Shown: positions 37,269 through 47,451, counted from the first letter of the stretch. The stretch is DNA of 64,000 nt from an uncultured virus (IMG/VR IMGVR_UViG_3300047357_001465) (IMGVR_UViG_3300047357_001465), one strand, 5' to 3'. The notes: a model not told the origin generated them from the letters alone. Program-made: numbers and translations.

Positions 37269-37588
37269 TACAAGTACCCTACGAATGCGAATTCTTGTTT
37301 TTTAACAACTTCGAGAGGAGAGTTCTCATACTTTTTGATTAACCACATGATGTAGTAGTCTCCTGGGATAAACCCAGCGGACAACCTCTCCGAGACGTAG
37401 TAGATTCCAGATTGATCTTGAAATGGCACTCTACCACCCTGCCCTACTCTCCATTGACCTCTAGCATGGTCTTTAGCATGGAATTCATAGTAGATGACGT
37501 AAGGGTCAAAAGCACCACCACTCTGGTCATACAGCATGATGTATAAATCATTAGGGCCTAACTGTTGCCCTTGAGTATATACAGGCAT
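37268..37588 (-). CDS. hypothetical (possibly virion) protein
   Basis: 106 aa; beta-rich; coupled operon. Confidence 0.55.
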   Translation of the reverse strand: MPVYTQGQQLGPNDLYIMLYDQSGGAFDPYVIYYEFHAKDHARGQWRVGQGGRVPFQDQSGIYYVSERLSAGFIPGDYYIMWLIKKYENSPLEVVKKQEFAFVGYL

Positions 37589-37589
37589 T

Positions 37590-37943
37590 TTAAATCACCG
37601 AGATGATGTTGTTGACTGAGGATGAGGCGACAGCTTTTTTAACAGAAATGGTTTGTTCCGCTTTGACCTCAGATTCGTCCCCTACAAGATTAGCGACGTA
37701 CTCAACAAAGAGAGTTTGCCCTTCGACATCATTAGGAATTGTAATCTTAGTGATGAACCTATGATCTTGATCTGTCTGTTGCATGGCAACTGGGCCTGTG
37801 ATCACTGTCCTTACGACACCTTGATACTTAAATAATGTCGCGGTGACATTAGCAACTTGAATGGGTTTGCTATCTTGACCTATCCAAGATACTTGACAAG
37901 GGTGCGACTCAGAGACCTCTGCTTGAGAATAGTACGCAATCAT
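37590..37943 (-). CDS. hypothetical (possibly virion) protein
   Basis: 117 aa; strong RBS; upstream late motif. Confidence 0.6.
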   Translation of the reverse strand: MIAYYSQAEVSESHPCQVSWIGQDSKPIQVANVTATLFKYQGVVRTVITGPVAMQQTDQDHRFITKITIPNDVEGQTLFVEYVANLVGDESEVKAEQTISVKKAVASSSVNNIISVI

Positions 37944-37994
37944 AACCCCCCTCCTTCATATGTATTATATGTATTTATGAAGGAGGGGGGTTAT
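37942..37994 (-). promoter_or_regulatory. perfect 19-bp inverted repeat occluding the RBS and start codon
   Basis: ATAACCCCCCTCCTTCATA ... TATGAAGGAGGGGGGTTAT. Confidence 0.8.
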
Positions 37995-38004
37995 AAAATG
38001 AATA

Positions 38005-38259
38005 TTAAGATTCTTCCCTCGCCATATAGGTCAAGGCTTTGAGAGACCTGATCTCATCGACATAGCTCAAAGCGATCACTCTTGACGTTCTGTTGAAGAA
38101 CTCTCTCTTAAGATCTTTAAAAGAGGACTTCTTCTCGAAGACGAAGACCACCTTACGCCCTTCAAGCTCAGTCTTTAATAGCTCCATGCCTACTACTTTT
38201 AAGTACGCGGCAAAGTACAGATCTGAGGTCTTGTAAAGAGGCTCGGGTTCAACATTCAT
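38005..38259 (-). CDS. DUF5659-like small protein
   Basis: YKTSDLYFAAYL...VFVF motif (family recalled from memory). Confidence 0.55.
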   Translation of the reverse strand: MNVEPEPLYKTSDLYFAAYLKVVGMELLKTELEGRKVVFVFEKKSSFKDLKREFFNRTSRVIALSYVDEIRSLKALTYMAREES

Positions 38260-38489
38260 ACCGAGCTTCTCTCCAGAAGGGAACTCAGGGCGACTTGGGC
38301 TTTACGAACGCCCTTGTCACTTGAAGGGATTTGAATGAGCTTGCCTTTCTTATCCCATTTAGCGACAAGGGGTCTTTCTCCCCATGCCCCTCTTAACTCG
38401 TCACCGTCTGTGACCAGCACCCGCCCTTCATGTGAAGAACGTTTTAAGAATGCACTAAGAACCTTTTTATCCTGAAGGGCGATTTTCAC
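38256..38489 (-). CDS. single DKKV-module protein
   Basis: QDKKVLSAFL...VTDGDEL resembles the 26314 modules. Confidence 0.55.
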   Translation of the reverse strand: MKIALQDKKVLSAFLKRSSHEGRVLVTDGDELRGAWGERPLVAKWDKKGKLIQIPSSDKGVRKAQVALSSLLERSSV

Positions 38490-38517
38490 CGTTTGTGTCT
38501 CCCGTGTTAGTTATGAT

Positions 38518-39189
38518 TTAGAGGACGTTACCGAGTCCGTCATATACTACCACGTAAGGATCAACAACAGCACCTCCGACAGTGCGAGTGCTTTTAAGAC
38601 CGAGAAGATCTCCCTTAGCTACAGAAATCCAGAAGCTTGAGTCCTCCTCAAGGACAGGGCTCACGACACCGTAGTCAAAGAAGCTCGTCGCTACAGGCTG
38701 AAAAACCCCAGCCACTTCTACGACATGACCTGCGGGAACGACGTATCTTGCCCCTGCGAGAATCTGTAGGATGTCTTCTACAGAAGCTGTAGAGGTTGCA
38801 ACCCCCACGCCTGCGGTAGCTACGGTCACCGCGACAACAGCATTAATAGCCGCGAGGTCGAGAGTGTTACCTGCTCTCATCTCAGCCACTAGAGCATCTG
38901 CGATGGTCTTTGCGTCCGCTGATGTGATAGACGCACCTACGGCAGGGTCGTTTGCACCATCATCGAGATTGACTAGGAGATAAGCCGCGAGGCCTCTCAC
39001 TTCCGTAGTCACCACCCCAGCCGCTACTGTAGGGAGTGTGGTGGTTTCAGCTACGCGAAGGTAACGAGGCCCTTGCGGTGCGGGGTCAACCACAGGGTTG
39101 GCTTGTGATCTATTAGGCCACATATCTTTAACAAGAATCTGGCCGTTAGAGATAGATGTGTCTCTGATACAAATTGCTGGACTTGGCAT
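38518..39189 (-). CDS. virion structural protein, paralog 3 of a triplet
   Basis: Shares D(L/M).PN.SQ.N, S(F/S)W.IS and VY..D/LG motifs with its neighbours. Confidence 0.65.
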   Translation of the reverse strand: MPSPAICIRDTSISNGQILVKDMWPNRSQANPVVDPAPQGPRYLRVAETTTLPTVAAGVVTTEVRGLAAYLLVNLDDGANDPAVGASITSADAKTIADALVAEMRAGNTLDLAAINAVVAVTVATAGVGVATSTASVEDILQILAGARYVVPAGHVVEVAGVFQPVATSFFDYGVVSPVLEEDSSFWISVAKGDLLGLKSTRTVGGAVVDPYVVVYDGLGNVL

Positions 39190-39201
39190 TTACTTTTCTC
39201 C

Positions 39202-39912
39202 TTAGATGTAGAGTGAGCCGTCATCACCATAGATGACAACGTAAGGTGCAGGGTTACCGCTAGCGTCTACCCTCTCCTGAGCTTTGCGAAGCTGACCTCT
39301 CTTTGCAGAGATCCAGAAAGAGGGGTGGTTGTTGAAGTCACTCCAAAGACTAGCATAGTCGGCAGGGTTCGTGAGAGATCCCGCTTGATCTAGACCCGCG
39401 AGAGGCACGAAGGCACCTGCATCTTGCACGTCCTGACCCGCTGGGATACTGAAGACTTTGTAGCCCGAAATAATCTGAAGAACCTCAAGCACTGTGCCTG
39501 TAGAGTTACCCAGAATGCCGTCAAGGTCATTACCCACGGCGGTGTTTTCAACGATAACAGCATTGATGTCTGCGATAGTAAGACTTTGAGCAGAACGCAT
39601 TCTCAAGATGAGAGCATCTGCGATGTCGTTTGCTTGATCACTAGTAAGGGCGATGCCCGCCGCCGCAGTATTCTCTACAGTAGTGAGAAGATAGACCGCG
39701 AGACCCGTGAGGTCAGTAGTCGTAGCGAAGTTGACATCGAGGGCAACGTCCTGACTAATGTCCCTTGTATGGCCATAGAGATAAACGGGCCCTTTGAAGT
39801 TAGGGCTGATAGTAGCATTCGACTGTGTCTTATGCGGGTAGAGATCAGTGATCTGTACTGAAACACGTCCGTCAGTTGAGTTAGTTACTCTTGGGGTTGC
39901 AAGAAATGGCAT
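39202..39912 (-). CDS. virion structural protein, paralog 2 of a triplet
   Basis: Start MPFLATPR with an AGGAG RBS; shared motifs. Confidence 0.65.
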   Translation of the reverse strand: MPFLATPRVTNSTDGRVSVQITDLYPHKTQSNATISPNFKGPVYLYGHTRDISQDVALDVNFATTTDLTGLAVYLLTTVENTAAAGIALTSDQANDIADALILRMRSAQSLTIADINAVIVENTAVGNDLDGILGNSTGTVLEVLQIISGYKVFSIPAGQDVQDAGAFVPLAGLDQAGSLTNPADYASLWSDFNNHPSFWISAKRGQLRKAQERVDASGNPAPYVVIYGDDGSLYI

Positions 39913-39925
39913 ATCTAATCTCCTA

Positions 39926-40681
39926 TTAGCTGTAGAGAGTACCGTCATCGTTATAGACGGTAAGAAGAGGCGAGGTAGAGCGAACTCCTGCGAAAAGGTC
40001 GCCGTAGACGCCGTCTCTAACAGAAGTTAAGCCCGAGAGTGAACCCTCAGAGAATGAGATCTTCCAAGAAGAGTCTCTCGGCACAAGTGTTCTCATTGTA
40101 GAGCCGAGTGTGCCAGGCGAGAGTACAAGCTCTTTAACCCCGTCTGCATCCTGAATGGGAACTCCTGCGTTCACGATGTAATCTTCACCCGCTAAGATCG
40201 CTAGTACTTCTACCAACGACCCTGTGCTGTTCGAGTTAGCGACGCTAACCCCATCGAGGTCAGTAGGTGCGTTAACAACATCCGCACCTGAAAGAATTGT
40301 GTTGATGTCTGCAGTCTGGAGGGTAGATCCAGCTCGGACTCTAGCGACGATGTTCGTAGCCGCTTGTTCAGCTTGAACTAAGCTCAGAGCAGGGCCTGTA
40401 CCCGCACCGTTAACATCTGCCGCAGGGTCAGCCTCTATGTGAGCTATAAGATATGCTATGAGGCCGTTACTTCTTCTGAGAAACTCGATTGAAGTATCTG
40501 CGTTGACTTTCAGCACAGGGCGACCGACGCCTGTTGAACCGACATTTGCAGTTCGGACATAGAAAGGGCCTTGCCCTCGCGGATCGTTGACGAGGTTTCT
40601 TTGAGACTCGTTGGGGAACAAGTCTGTGATCTGAACTGATCCGTTTTGGATTTCAGGTCGTCTTGCAATGATATATGGCAT
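39926..40681 (-). CDS. virion structural protein, paralog 1 of a triplet
   Basis: Shared motifs; upstream late motif and AAGGAG RBS. Confidence 0.65.
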   Translation of the reverse strand: MPYIIARRPEIQNGSVQITDLFPNESQRNLVNDPRGQGPFYVRTANVGSTGVGRPVLKVNADTSIEFLRRSNGLIAYLIAHIEADPAADVNGAGTGPALSLVQAEQAATNIVARVRAGSTLQTADINTILSGADVVNAPTDLDGVSVANSNSTGSLVEVLAILAGEDYIVNAGVPIQDADGVKELVLSPGTLGSTMRTLVPRDSSWKISFSEGSLSGLTSVRDGVYGDLFAGVRSTSPLLTVYNDDGTLYS

Positions 40682-40721
40682 AGTAATCTCCTTTGTGGTT
40701 ATGCTTTTACTACGCCGAAAT

Positions 40722-40735
40722 ATAAAACAACTATT
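40722..40735 (-). promoter_or_regulatory. putative late promoter AATAGTTGTTTTAT (paralog triplet)
   Basis: Same motif family; 40 nt upstream of the ATG. Confidence 0.65.
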
Positions 40736-41456
40736 ACCCTAAGTTTACGACAGAGCACCTCATCGTGAATTGAGGAGTTGAAGACTTCCCACCAAAGAAA
40801 AACTCACCTACAGAGCTTGAGGTCAAAGAGAATTCGTGACCTGGCTTTATAATCGTAGGTGACATACCAGGAGAGCAAGAGAAGTATAGATCTTCGCCCG
40901 CTACATCAGATAGGTTCTGAATATCAATAGACTGACTAAAATTAGGAAGGTGTATATTTAAACCCCCCGCGTCTAAGGAGTCTGGGAGACCCCCTCCAAG
41001 GTCTGGGGCTGTTGCGGTTGCTGTGAAGACAGGGCTTATGACGCCAAAGAAGTCGTAGGGAACTAGAGCGACAACAGGGCCGAAGTCGGTGAAAGCACCC
41101 GTAGATCGGATTTTACCTCTCGCTCTAAGGTAGCAAACCTCGCCGTTAGTCGGGATGCGAGCACCTACGAGTGGCGGTGCGGTCGCATAGTCGTCAAGGG
41201 TGAACATGAATCGAGTCTGATCTCGGTTTGAATCATCGACCCCAACCTTAGATTTGAGGATAGAAGGACTCTTGAAGGTGGAGTCGTATCTCATCTCGAA
41301 CATCTTAACAGGGTTTGTAAAAGCGTCGTCTATATTTGAGGCTCCATGTATCTCGATAAGTTCAAGGCCTCTGAGGTTTCGGTTAGGAAAACTCATGTCG
41401 GTCATGTTCTTGGCTCTATAGTTAAGACTAGGTATTAATCTTCCTCTAGACATCAC
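40734..41456 (-). CDS. hypothetical (possibly virion) protein
   Basis: 240 aa; beta-rich. Confidence 0.55.
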   Translation of the reverse strand: MMSRGRLIPSLNYRAKNMTDMSFPNRNLRGLELIEIHGASNIDDAFTNPVKMFEMRYDSTFKSPSILKSKVGVDDSNRDQTRFMFTLDDYATAPPLVGARIPTNGEVCYLRARGKIRSTGAFTDFGPVVALVPYDFFGVISPVFTATATAPDLGGGLPDSLDAGGLNIHLPNFSQSIDIQNLSDVAGEDLYFSCSPGMSPTIIKPGHEFSLTSSSVGEFFFGGKSSTPQFTMRCSVVNLG

Positions 41457-41839
41457 TTACTCGCTTTCTCTTTAGCTATGAGGGTTTCATATGAAGATGT
41501 GTTCTTCCCCTTGGATTTAGCTAACCTCTGAGCCTCTGACCAAGAGTCTACTTTCTCTCCGTCTACGTTTGGAGCTAATGTGACATTGGGCTGATCTCGC
41601 TTCATCTCTGCTGTCCGAGACTCAAGGCGTTCATTCTTCTTACGCATCTGGTTCTTGATACGATTGTTTTTGCCAGCCCAGCCGTCGCCTTTAAGTATGA
41701 AGTTACGGGTGGGTTGAAACACTTTTTTATTAGGTGTCTCGCACTCAGTGCAAGGTTGCTCTTTATCGTGATCTCTCATAGAGACTCTCAGTTGGTAATC
41801 GTGTCCGCAACTACTGCAACGATATAAGTAAAAAGGCAT
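41453..41839 (-). CDS. FmdB-family zinc-ribbon protein
   Basis: MPFYLYRCSSCG...CTEC...FILKGDGW. Confidence 0.75.
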   Translation of the reverse strand: MPFYLYRCSSCGHDYQLRVSMRDHDKEQPCTECETPNKKVFQPTRNFILKGDGWAGKNNRIKNQMRKKNERLESRTAEMKRDQPNVTLAPNVDGEKVDSWSEAQRLAKSKGKNTSSYETLIAKEKASK

Positions 41840-41842
41840 AGT

Positions 41843-42205
41843 TTAAGCTCCGAAGTATTTCTCTAAGACAGCATAGATGTGCTTGCAGATCTTATGTGTC
41901 CCATTGGGGTCTTTCTTTTCTGGCCTGGTCTCCGTACCTTTAGTTGTACCATACAAGTAGTCTTTTTCTTTTGCGTGGTATTCTGGTCCTTGATACACCC
42001 AATATTTACAGGTGCAAGAGACTCTCAGGTCATCCCCGTTGGCCTCTACAGTAACATTGTAGTCGGCTACCTTGTATTTCTTAGGTTCGTCTTCAAGCTT
42101 ACTCTTAAATTGTTGAACAATACCCTTGACGACTTTGCCCTTCTCTATGACATCTGGGTCAAGATTGTCTAATATGTCTTTTAGAGGTGCGGAGGTTTTT
42201 CTCAT
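41843..42205 (-). CDS. SWIM-like zinc-finger protein
   Basis: SCTC...ICKHIYAVL; start re-assigned to MRKTSA (GGGAG RBS). Confidence 0.65.
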   Translation of the reverse strand: MRKTSAPLKDILDNLDPDVIEKGKVVKGIVQQFKSKLEDEPKKYKVADYNVTVEANGDDLRVSCTCKYWVYQGPEYHAKEKDYLYGTTKGTETRPEKKDPNGTHKICKHIYAVLEKYFGA

Positions 42206-42253
42206 GTTCTGTCTCCCTGTGATATGCTCAAGGGGGGCAAGATAGAACATTTA

Positions 42254-43075
42254 TTAAACCTTGGAGAGAAGCTCCACAATTCTCATTACAATTTTCAAGT
42301 ATTCACCTTCCCCCAGAGCTCTGTAGTTGGGGCTTCCAGCTAAGAGGGCATCACCCCAAACATCACCGCCCCAAAAAGAGGTACAGACATCCCTACAGGA
42401 AAAGCCTTTAATCTTCTCCCTAGAAGACACAGTAATGGTGCGATCTTTTGAGTTATAGGCACAAATGACTCTCGATTCCCTAAAGAGGTCATTCACGAAA
42501 TGCCCTTCTGTCTTTCGACAGAGAAGCCCTGTCGAGTACTCTTTGTAAAAAGTGGCCTGATCTAACTTCTCCCGAAGGTAGATCCTCGCTTTCCCCATTC
42601 TCTTTGCAATAAACCCATCGAGAACAGCTTCTCGAATAAAGGCAAAGGCCAACCGACAAAAATCCGTGACATCTATAAAGTCAACATCATCTTCAGAGAT
42701 GGGGTCATTCTCTTCAAGCCACTGTAAGATTCCTTGGATCTTCTCATGAACCTCTTCGTCGCTTGAAGTCTGACCCGCTTTAACTTTAGAGACTTCTTGC
42801 CAAAAGGCATCTTCTTGAGGGAAATCGCCACTCGCCCTTAATAGACCTCCCAATGTTTCGAGGTCTAGAGACTTGACTAAGACGACATCGTTACTTCCAA
42901 CGGAAGGGATGTCCTTATCTAAGCAGGGAGAGGGCTTATTCTCTGTCGGAGAAGTGTATTGGGTGCCCTTGCAGGTGTAAGACCCGTATTGAGCCTTGAC
43001 TGTCAACACGGGAGGGTGTTTAAGGTCAACGGAGAGAGCCGCACTTTTTGCATTTGGAGATACAATGACAATCAT
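42254..43075 (-). CDS. hypothetical protein
   Basis: 273-aa ORF. Confidence 0.6.
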   Translation of the reverse strand: MIVIVSPNAKSAALSVDLKHPPVLTVKAQYGSYTCKGTQYTSPTENKPSPCLDKDIPSVGSNDVVLVKSLDLETLGGLLRASGDFPQEDAFWQEVSKVKAGQTSSDEEVHEKIQGILQWLEENDPISEDDVDFIDVTDFCRLAFAFIREAVLDGFIAKRMGKARIYLREKLDQATFYKEYSTGLLCRKTEGHFVNDLFRESRVICAYNSKDRTITVSSREKIKGFSCRDVCTSFWGGDVWGDALLAGSPNYRALGEGEYLKIVMRIVELLSKV

Positions 43076-43129
43076 CTTATTAGTCTTTCTATCATCGGCA
43101 GAGGTTAAGTTTAAGGAACGGAGAAGAGA

Positions 43130-46100
43130 ATGACCAATTCAGAAACCAGAACCCAATTAGAGGTTTTTAAATTCTACCTAGCTCTATATGGATTCCACAA
43201 TAAAGGAGGGTCTGAAAAGACCTTTCTTGCTGGAGCTTCTACTCTTAAGAGATATGTGGAACTCAGGAACGGGGTAATCAGAGATTTTTTATCCCCCTTA
43301 GCTGAAAGAGGATACCCCGCATTTAACACTCTCCCTAATAAGCTATCGAGAGCTCTTAAAGGGGCAGTGACGAACCCAGATCAAGTCTTAGCATTAGGTT
43401 CCATCTTCTATGACGTTTGTGTATTTTACAAGAGCAGAAGCAACTTGATCCGAGAAATATCAGATAGGAAGAGCAGGGATATACTCAGCACTTGTGTTTA
43501 TGCTTGCTATGACGAACAAGTATCCTTATCTATGCTCTTGACAGCACCCCCTTCTAGGCTAAAGTTACCTAACCGCTGGATTAAGAAAGCCTCTCTTCAG
43601 TTAGAAGAGGTATCTCAGGTAGAGATACACCTCAATGAACTTAAAGAGGTTCAAGTTATATCTGAAGAGATCAGAAGCCTGAATCTCAAGATTAACTCAG
43701 ATACCATCACCGACCAAGAGAGAGCTGTACTTATATCTTTGAGAGAGAAAAAGATGAAGTCTCTCCAGAAGACTTCTGAAGAGATATCGAGTGAGTCTCC
43801 AGCCATCGCGGTCGCGAGCAGTATTATTAACAGCCCTGAAGAGCATAAGACCAAAGTAGGTCAAGAGCAAAAACTGACTCCCACCCAAGAAGATATCATC
43901 CTCTCTAAAGGAGAGACTTCTGTGCAAGCAGGTGCAGGGGTAGGTAAAACCAAGGTCGTAGCGAGCAAGGTTGCCTATACGGTTAAAGAACTCGATGTCT
44001 CCCCTGAGAACATGATTGTTGTCTCTACGAGCAAAGACACAGCCGACAATTTGAGACAGAGGATTGTTAAGTATGGCGGGGAAGAAAGCATGGGCAGATT
44101 CGTAGGAGTCTCAACCGAAGCAGTCGCCTTCAGTATTGTTAAGGATTTAGGGATCATTGCAGATAAAGAGATCATTAAAGATGAAACATTGGAGGAGTGG
44201 GTAAAGCTGGCTGTAGATCTCGTCATTCAAGGTGACGGTTCCAAAGACTCACCCAATCAACCTCTTCTAAAGGGTGTTGAACTCGACCCCGAAAGTAGTG
44301 AAGACCCTAGACTAACACCTCTACTGATTAGGGTGGTGTCTACAATTGCTAGGAAGGCGGTTAAAGAAAATTCTAAAGAACTGCTCTCGCTAGTAGCCCC
44401 CGCTATTTCGACATACTCTAAAGGGAAAATCAAGCTTGCCCCTAGATCTAGTGAGGTGTGGCTAGATAAGGACTTTAGGTCTTCTATAAACCAGCATATA
44501 AAAAGCTCTGGCGGTAAAGAAGACCTAAGTCAATCTTCTCCATATGAGGGATTTCAAAGGTTTGCTTCAGAGAGTGCCAAACCTAAGCCTATTAAGGTGA
44601 GCAACCAATGGTTTAACTTGGGTATGGACCCTCTCCATAACACCCATGAGGCAAACCTGAGTCAATTTACTATATTCATAAAAGAGAACAAGAAGAAGAT
44701 GGTCTCTGCGTCTTCTCTCTGGGAGAAGAGGAAAAAGTCAGCACCTCTCGATCTCACCTCGCTCAAAGACATGGTAGATTATGATATGAAGGTCGCGGTT
44801 TATGGTGCATATGAGTATGCGAAAGAGAAACAAGGTGCGATTGACCAAGAAGACTTCTCTATCTTGGCTTGTCGTGCTCTAGTAGACAGGCCAGCTCTTC
44901 TAAAAGAGATGAATAGTAAGTACACCCACATCCTCATAGATGAGGCTCAAGATTTGAGCGGGGCGGATAAGATGATGTTCCGTCTCATTTCAGGTTCAGT
45001 GGACACTAAGACTCTTGAACCAAAGCAAATGACCTCTTCTAACTTCTTTACGATAGGTGACCGTAACCAGAGGACTAAGAACGCATCTAGGAACGCATCT
45101 AAGAACAAGGTTTTGTCAACGAACATGAGGTCTCGGTCAAATATCATAGAGGCCGCGAACAAGATTATCTCCGAAGAGGAATCCGCTTGTCGCCCCAACC
45201 CGATGAAAGAAGGCGGTGAAATCAGTTATTCGATCCACAAAGACCTTAGAAGCCCTGGTGCAGACTTCCTAGCAAAGGAAGTCAAGGAGCTGGTTGAGGT
45301 TGAAGGGTGGGATCACGAAGGTGGAGAGAACCACAAGTTTGGAATTGCGGTCAGGTCTAGCAAAGAGATGGTCGCATACGCGGTTGAACTCATGCTTGAG
45401 AATGTCCCATATTACGCTAACAGAGACTTCCTAGATGAGACTCCAATTAAGGCCGTACTCTCTGCAATAGGACTCAGATCTCCCAACCCAACTCACGTTC
45501 AAGAGTCGATACTTAACTTACACAAGTACTTGCAGTTGGATCTAGGCGGAGACTTTAACAATAAGCTAACCCGAGAGGCGGGAGGTGAGAGTCTTCTATC
45601 TTGGCTCCTAGTTCAAGAATTAGATGAGGGGGTTCTGAGTGACAAGGAAACAGAGTATGTTTCTATGATCAAGAGCGTCCTAGACTTCGAGGGGGATACC
45701 CTCTCTTTGTTGAACTTTGTAACAAAGTCTCTTAAGGCATCAGAAGGTAAGACCCTAATGGAGTTGAGAGTTAGCTTCTTAACCCCCACTGAACTCTTTA
45801 TGCTTAAGGAGGAAATAGGAGGAGGTACTGTTAGTGCCTATAATAAAGCAGAATTCTCACAGTCTGGTTTTGATGTCATTTATAGGATCTTCGAGTATTG
45901 TGACTTTGACCTTGAGAAGAGCTTTAGGAAGATCGAGAGCTTGCAGAAAGTGTCTAAGATGTATTCTAAAGACAAGAATAAAGACAGGGTTCTTATCCGC
46001 TTGTGTAAGGATTGGAAAGGCAGAGAGTGTAGAGATCTCTATGTGGCAATGAGCCCCACGTACTTCCCTAGAATGGGAGAAGATATAAGGGAAGAAGAGA

Positions 46101-46303
46101 CACTTGCTTACCTTGCTTTGACTAGAGCTCAAGAGAAGGTACATATCCTTTGCGGAGACTACCCCTCTTCTTTCGTCAAAAAGGCATGTGTGCTCTCGAA
46201 AGAAGAGTTCATGGCTCAATCTAAGGAGTCTAAGCCTACACTCACGAAAGAGAGTTCTGTTGACAGTATGATTAAGTGGCTATCTTCTAATGAGAGTGTT
46301 TGA
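43130..46303 (+). CDS. UvrD/Rep-like SF1 helicase with an N-terminal extension
   Basis: AGAGVGKT, LIDEAQD, IGDRNQ, NMRS, KGRE and LAYLALTRA. Confidence 0.85.
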   Translation: MTNSETRTQLEVFKFYLALYGFHNKGGSEKTFLAGASTLKRYVELRNGVIRDFLSPLAERGYPAFNTLPNKLSRALKGAVTNPDQVLALGSIFYDVCVFYKSRSNLIREISDRKSRDILSTCVYACYDEQVSLSMLLTAPPSRLKLPNRWIKKASLQLEEVSQVEIHLNELKEVQVISEEIRSLNLKINSDTITDQERAVLISLREKKMKSLQKTSEEISSESPAIAVASSIINSPEEHKTKVGQEQKLTPTQEDIILSKGETSVQAGAGVGKTKVVASKVAYTVKELDVSPENMIVVSTSKDTADNLRQRIVKYGGEESMGRFVGVSTEAVAFSIVKDLGIIADKEIIKDETLEEWVKLAVDLVIQGDGSKDSPNQPLLKGVELDPESSEDPRLTPLLIRVVSTIARKAVKENSKELLSLVAPAISTYSKGKIKLAPRSSEVWLDKDFRSSINQHIKSSGGKEDLSQSSPYEGFQRFASESAKPKPIKVSNQWFNLGMDPLHNTHEANLSQFTIFIKENKKKMVSASSLWEKRKKSAPLDLTSLKDMVDYDMKVAVYGAYEYAKEKQGAIDQEDFSILACRALVDRPALLKEMNSKYTHILIDEAQDLSGADKMMFRLISGSVDTKTLEPKQMTSSNFFTIGDRNQRTKNASRNASKNKVLSTNMRSRSNIIEAANKIISEEESACRPNPMKEGGEISYSIHKDLRSPGADFLAKEVKELVEVEGWDHEGGENHKFGIAVRSSKEMVAYAVELMLENVPYYANRDFLDETPIKAVLSAIGLRSPNPTHVQESILNLHKYLQLDLGGDFNNKLTREAGGESLLSWLLVQELDEGVLSDKETEYVSMIKSVLDFEGDTLSLLNFVTKSLKASEGKTLMELRVSFLTPTELFMLKEEIGGGTVSAYNKAEFSQSGFDVIYRIFEYCDFDLEKSFRKIESLQKVSKMYSKDKNKDRVLIRLCKDWKGRECRDLYVAMSPTYFPRMGEDIREEETLAYLALTRAQEKVHILCGDYPSSFVKKACVLSKEEFMAQSKESKPTLTKESSVDSMIKWLSSNESV

Positions 46304-47423
46304 GAAGGTCTGAGTCGCAAAGAGGGCAAGTTCCCGTGAGGTTAGACTTTAAGTCTTCAACCTCTTTTGTGATCTCAAAGATTCCTTCAACCATAGCCTC
46401 TACTTCAGAGTTTAGTGCTCTCCTCTCTTCTGCTTCTGAGAGGAGCGTGTCTTCAGGGACAGAGAGAGAGGGTATCTCAACCTGCTCAAGGGGTTCTAGC
46501 AAAGAGACAGAGGCTCTCAGCCCCCTCATGTGGTCGAGAACTTTTTGATATTTCTCGTGATCTTCGTTAGGCAGGTCGCTCGGGATTTCAGGGTAGCTCT
46601 CTAAACCTACGCCAATAACCATGATCTTGACAGACACGTCACTCCTCTTCTTCAACTGACCAATCAAGAAATCGAGTCTTTGAAAGCCGTCGAGGTTTAG
46701 CTCAGGGATATACACTTGAGAGCATTTAGATAATTCTTGTATCTCAGAGAGCCATTGGCTTCTATACCGCTCCACTTTCTCTAAAGACTCTATCTCAGCC
46801 TGTCTGTCTTGGATATCAGATTCTATCTGACCTATCTCAAGGATAAGATCTGAAGCCTCCCCTAACCCATCAAACCCTTTCACCACACCCCTCTCAAATT
46901 CAAGATCTTCCCTCTTGAATTTTATCTTTGACTTTAGGGATTTAATATCAGAGCGAGCTAAGCCAGAAGCTTTTTCTAGGGTCTGGATCTTGTCCACATC
47001 CGAAAGAGCGGAAGAGAGAACATTTGGAGGGAGGTCTAAAAGGAATACTTGCTCGAATTGCTTCGAGACTTGTGGCCAGACCTCTTTTCCCGACACGTCT
47101 ACGCCCACTACTCCAAGTTCCTTGACCTCATCTGGCACAGATGATCCCACCTTGTCTATGAGCGTCCCGTTGACAGAGTAAGAATTGATGCCTTTGCCCT
47201 TCTTCCACTCTACGACACCATTATCATCAAAGGTGACTTTTACGGTAGAATGCTTCTCCCCGACCCTTACATGAGAATGCCCTCTGGCATTGGAGAACAC
47301 ACCACATAAGGCTCTTGCACAGGCGGATTTTCCTGTGTTGTTCTGACCCGTGATGACGGTGAGTCCTTTAACCTCGAACTCAACATCTTTTAGAGATTGG
47401 TAATTTTGTATGTGGACTTTCAT
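46287..47423 (-). CDS. SbcC/Rad50-like ATPase, N-terminal half only
   Basis: IQNYQS and Walker A GQNNTGKS; coiled coil; ends at the CPLC zinc hook. Confidence 0.8.
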   Translation of the reverse strand: MKVHIQNYQSLKDVEFEVKGLTVITGQNNTGKSACARALCGVFSNARGHSHVRVGEKHSTVKVTFDDNGVVEWKKGKGINSYSVNGTLIDKVGSSVPDEVKELGVVGVDVSGKEVWPQVSKQFEQVFLLDLPPNVLSSALSDVDKIQTLEKASGLARSDIKSLKSKIKFKREDLEFERGVVKGFDGLGEASDLILEIGQIESDIQDRQAEIESLEKVERYRSQWLSEIQELSKCSQVYIPELNLDGFQRLDFLIGQLKKRSDVSVKIMVIGVGLESYPEIPSDLPNEDHEKYQKVLDHMRGLRASVSLLEPLEQVEIPSLSVPEDTLLSEAEERRALNSEVEAMVEGIFEITKEVEDLKSNLTGTCPLCDSDLLKHSH

Positions 47424-47443
47424 AGAAACTCCTCCTTTGCCTT

Positions 47444-47451
47444 ATTATACC
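47444..47451 (-). promoter_or_regulatory. sigma70-type -10 element GGTATAAT inside an RBS-occluding hairpin
   Basis: Flanked by CTCCTCCTT/AAGGAGGAG (47429-47463); similar GGTATAA elements at 4085, 53562 and 53606. Confidence 0.55.
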
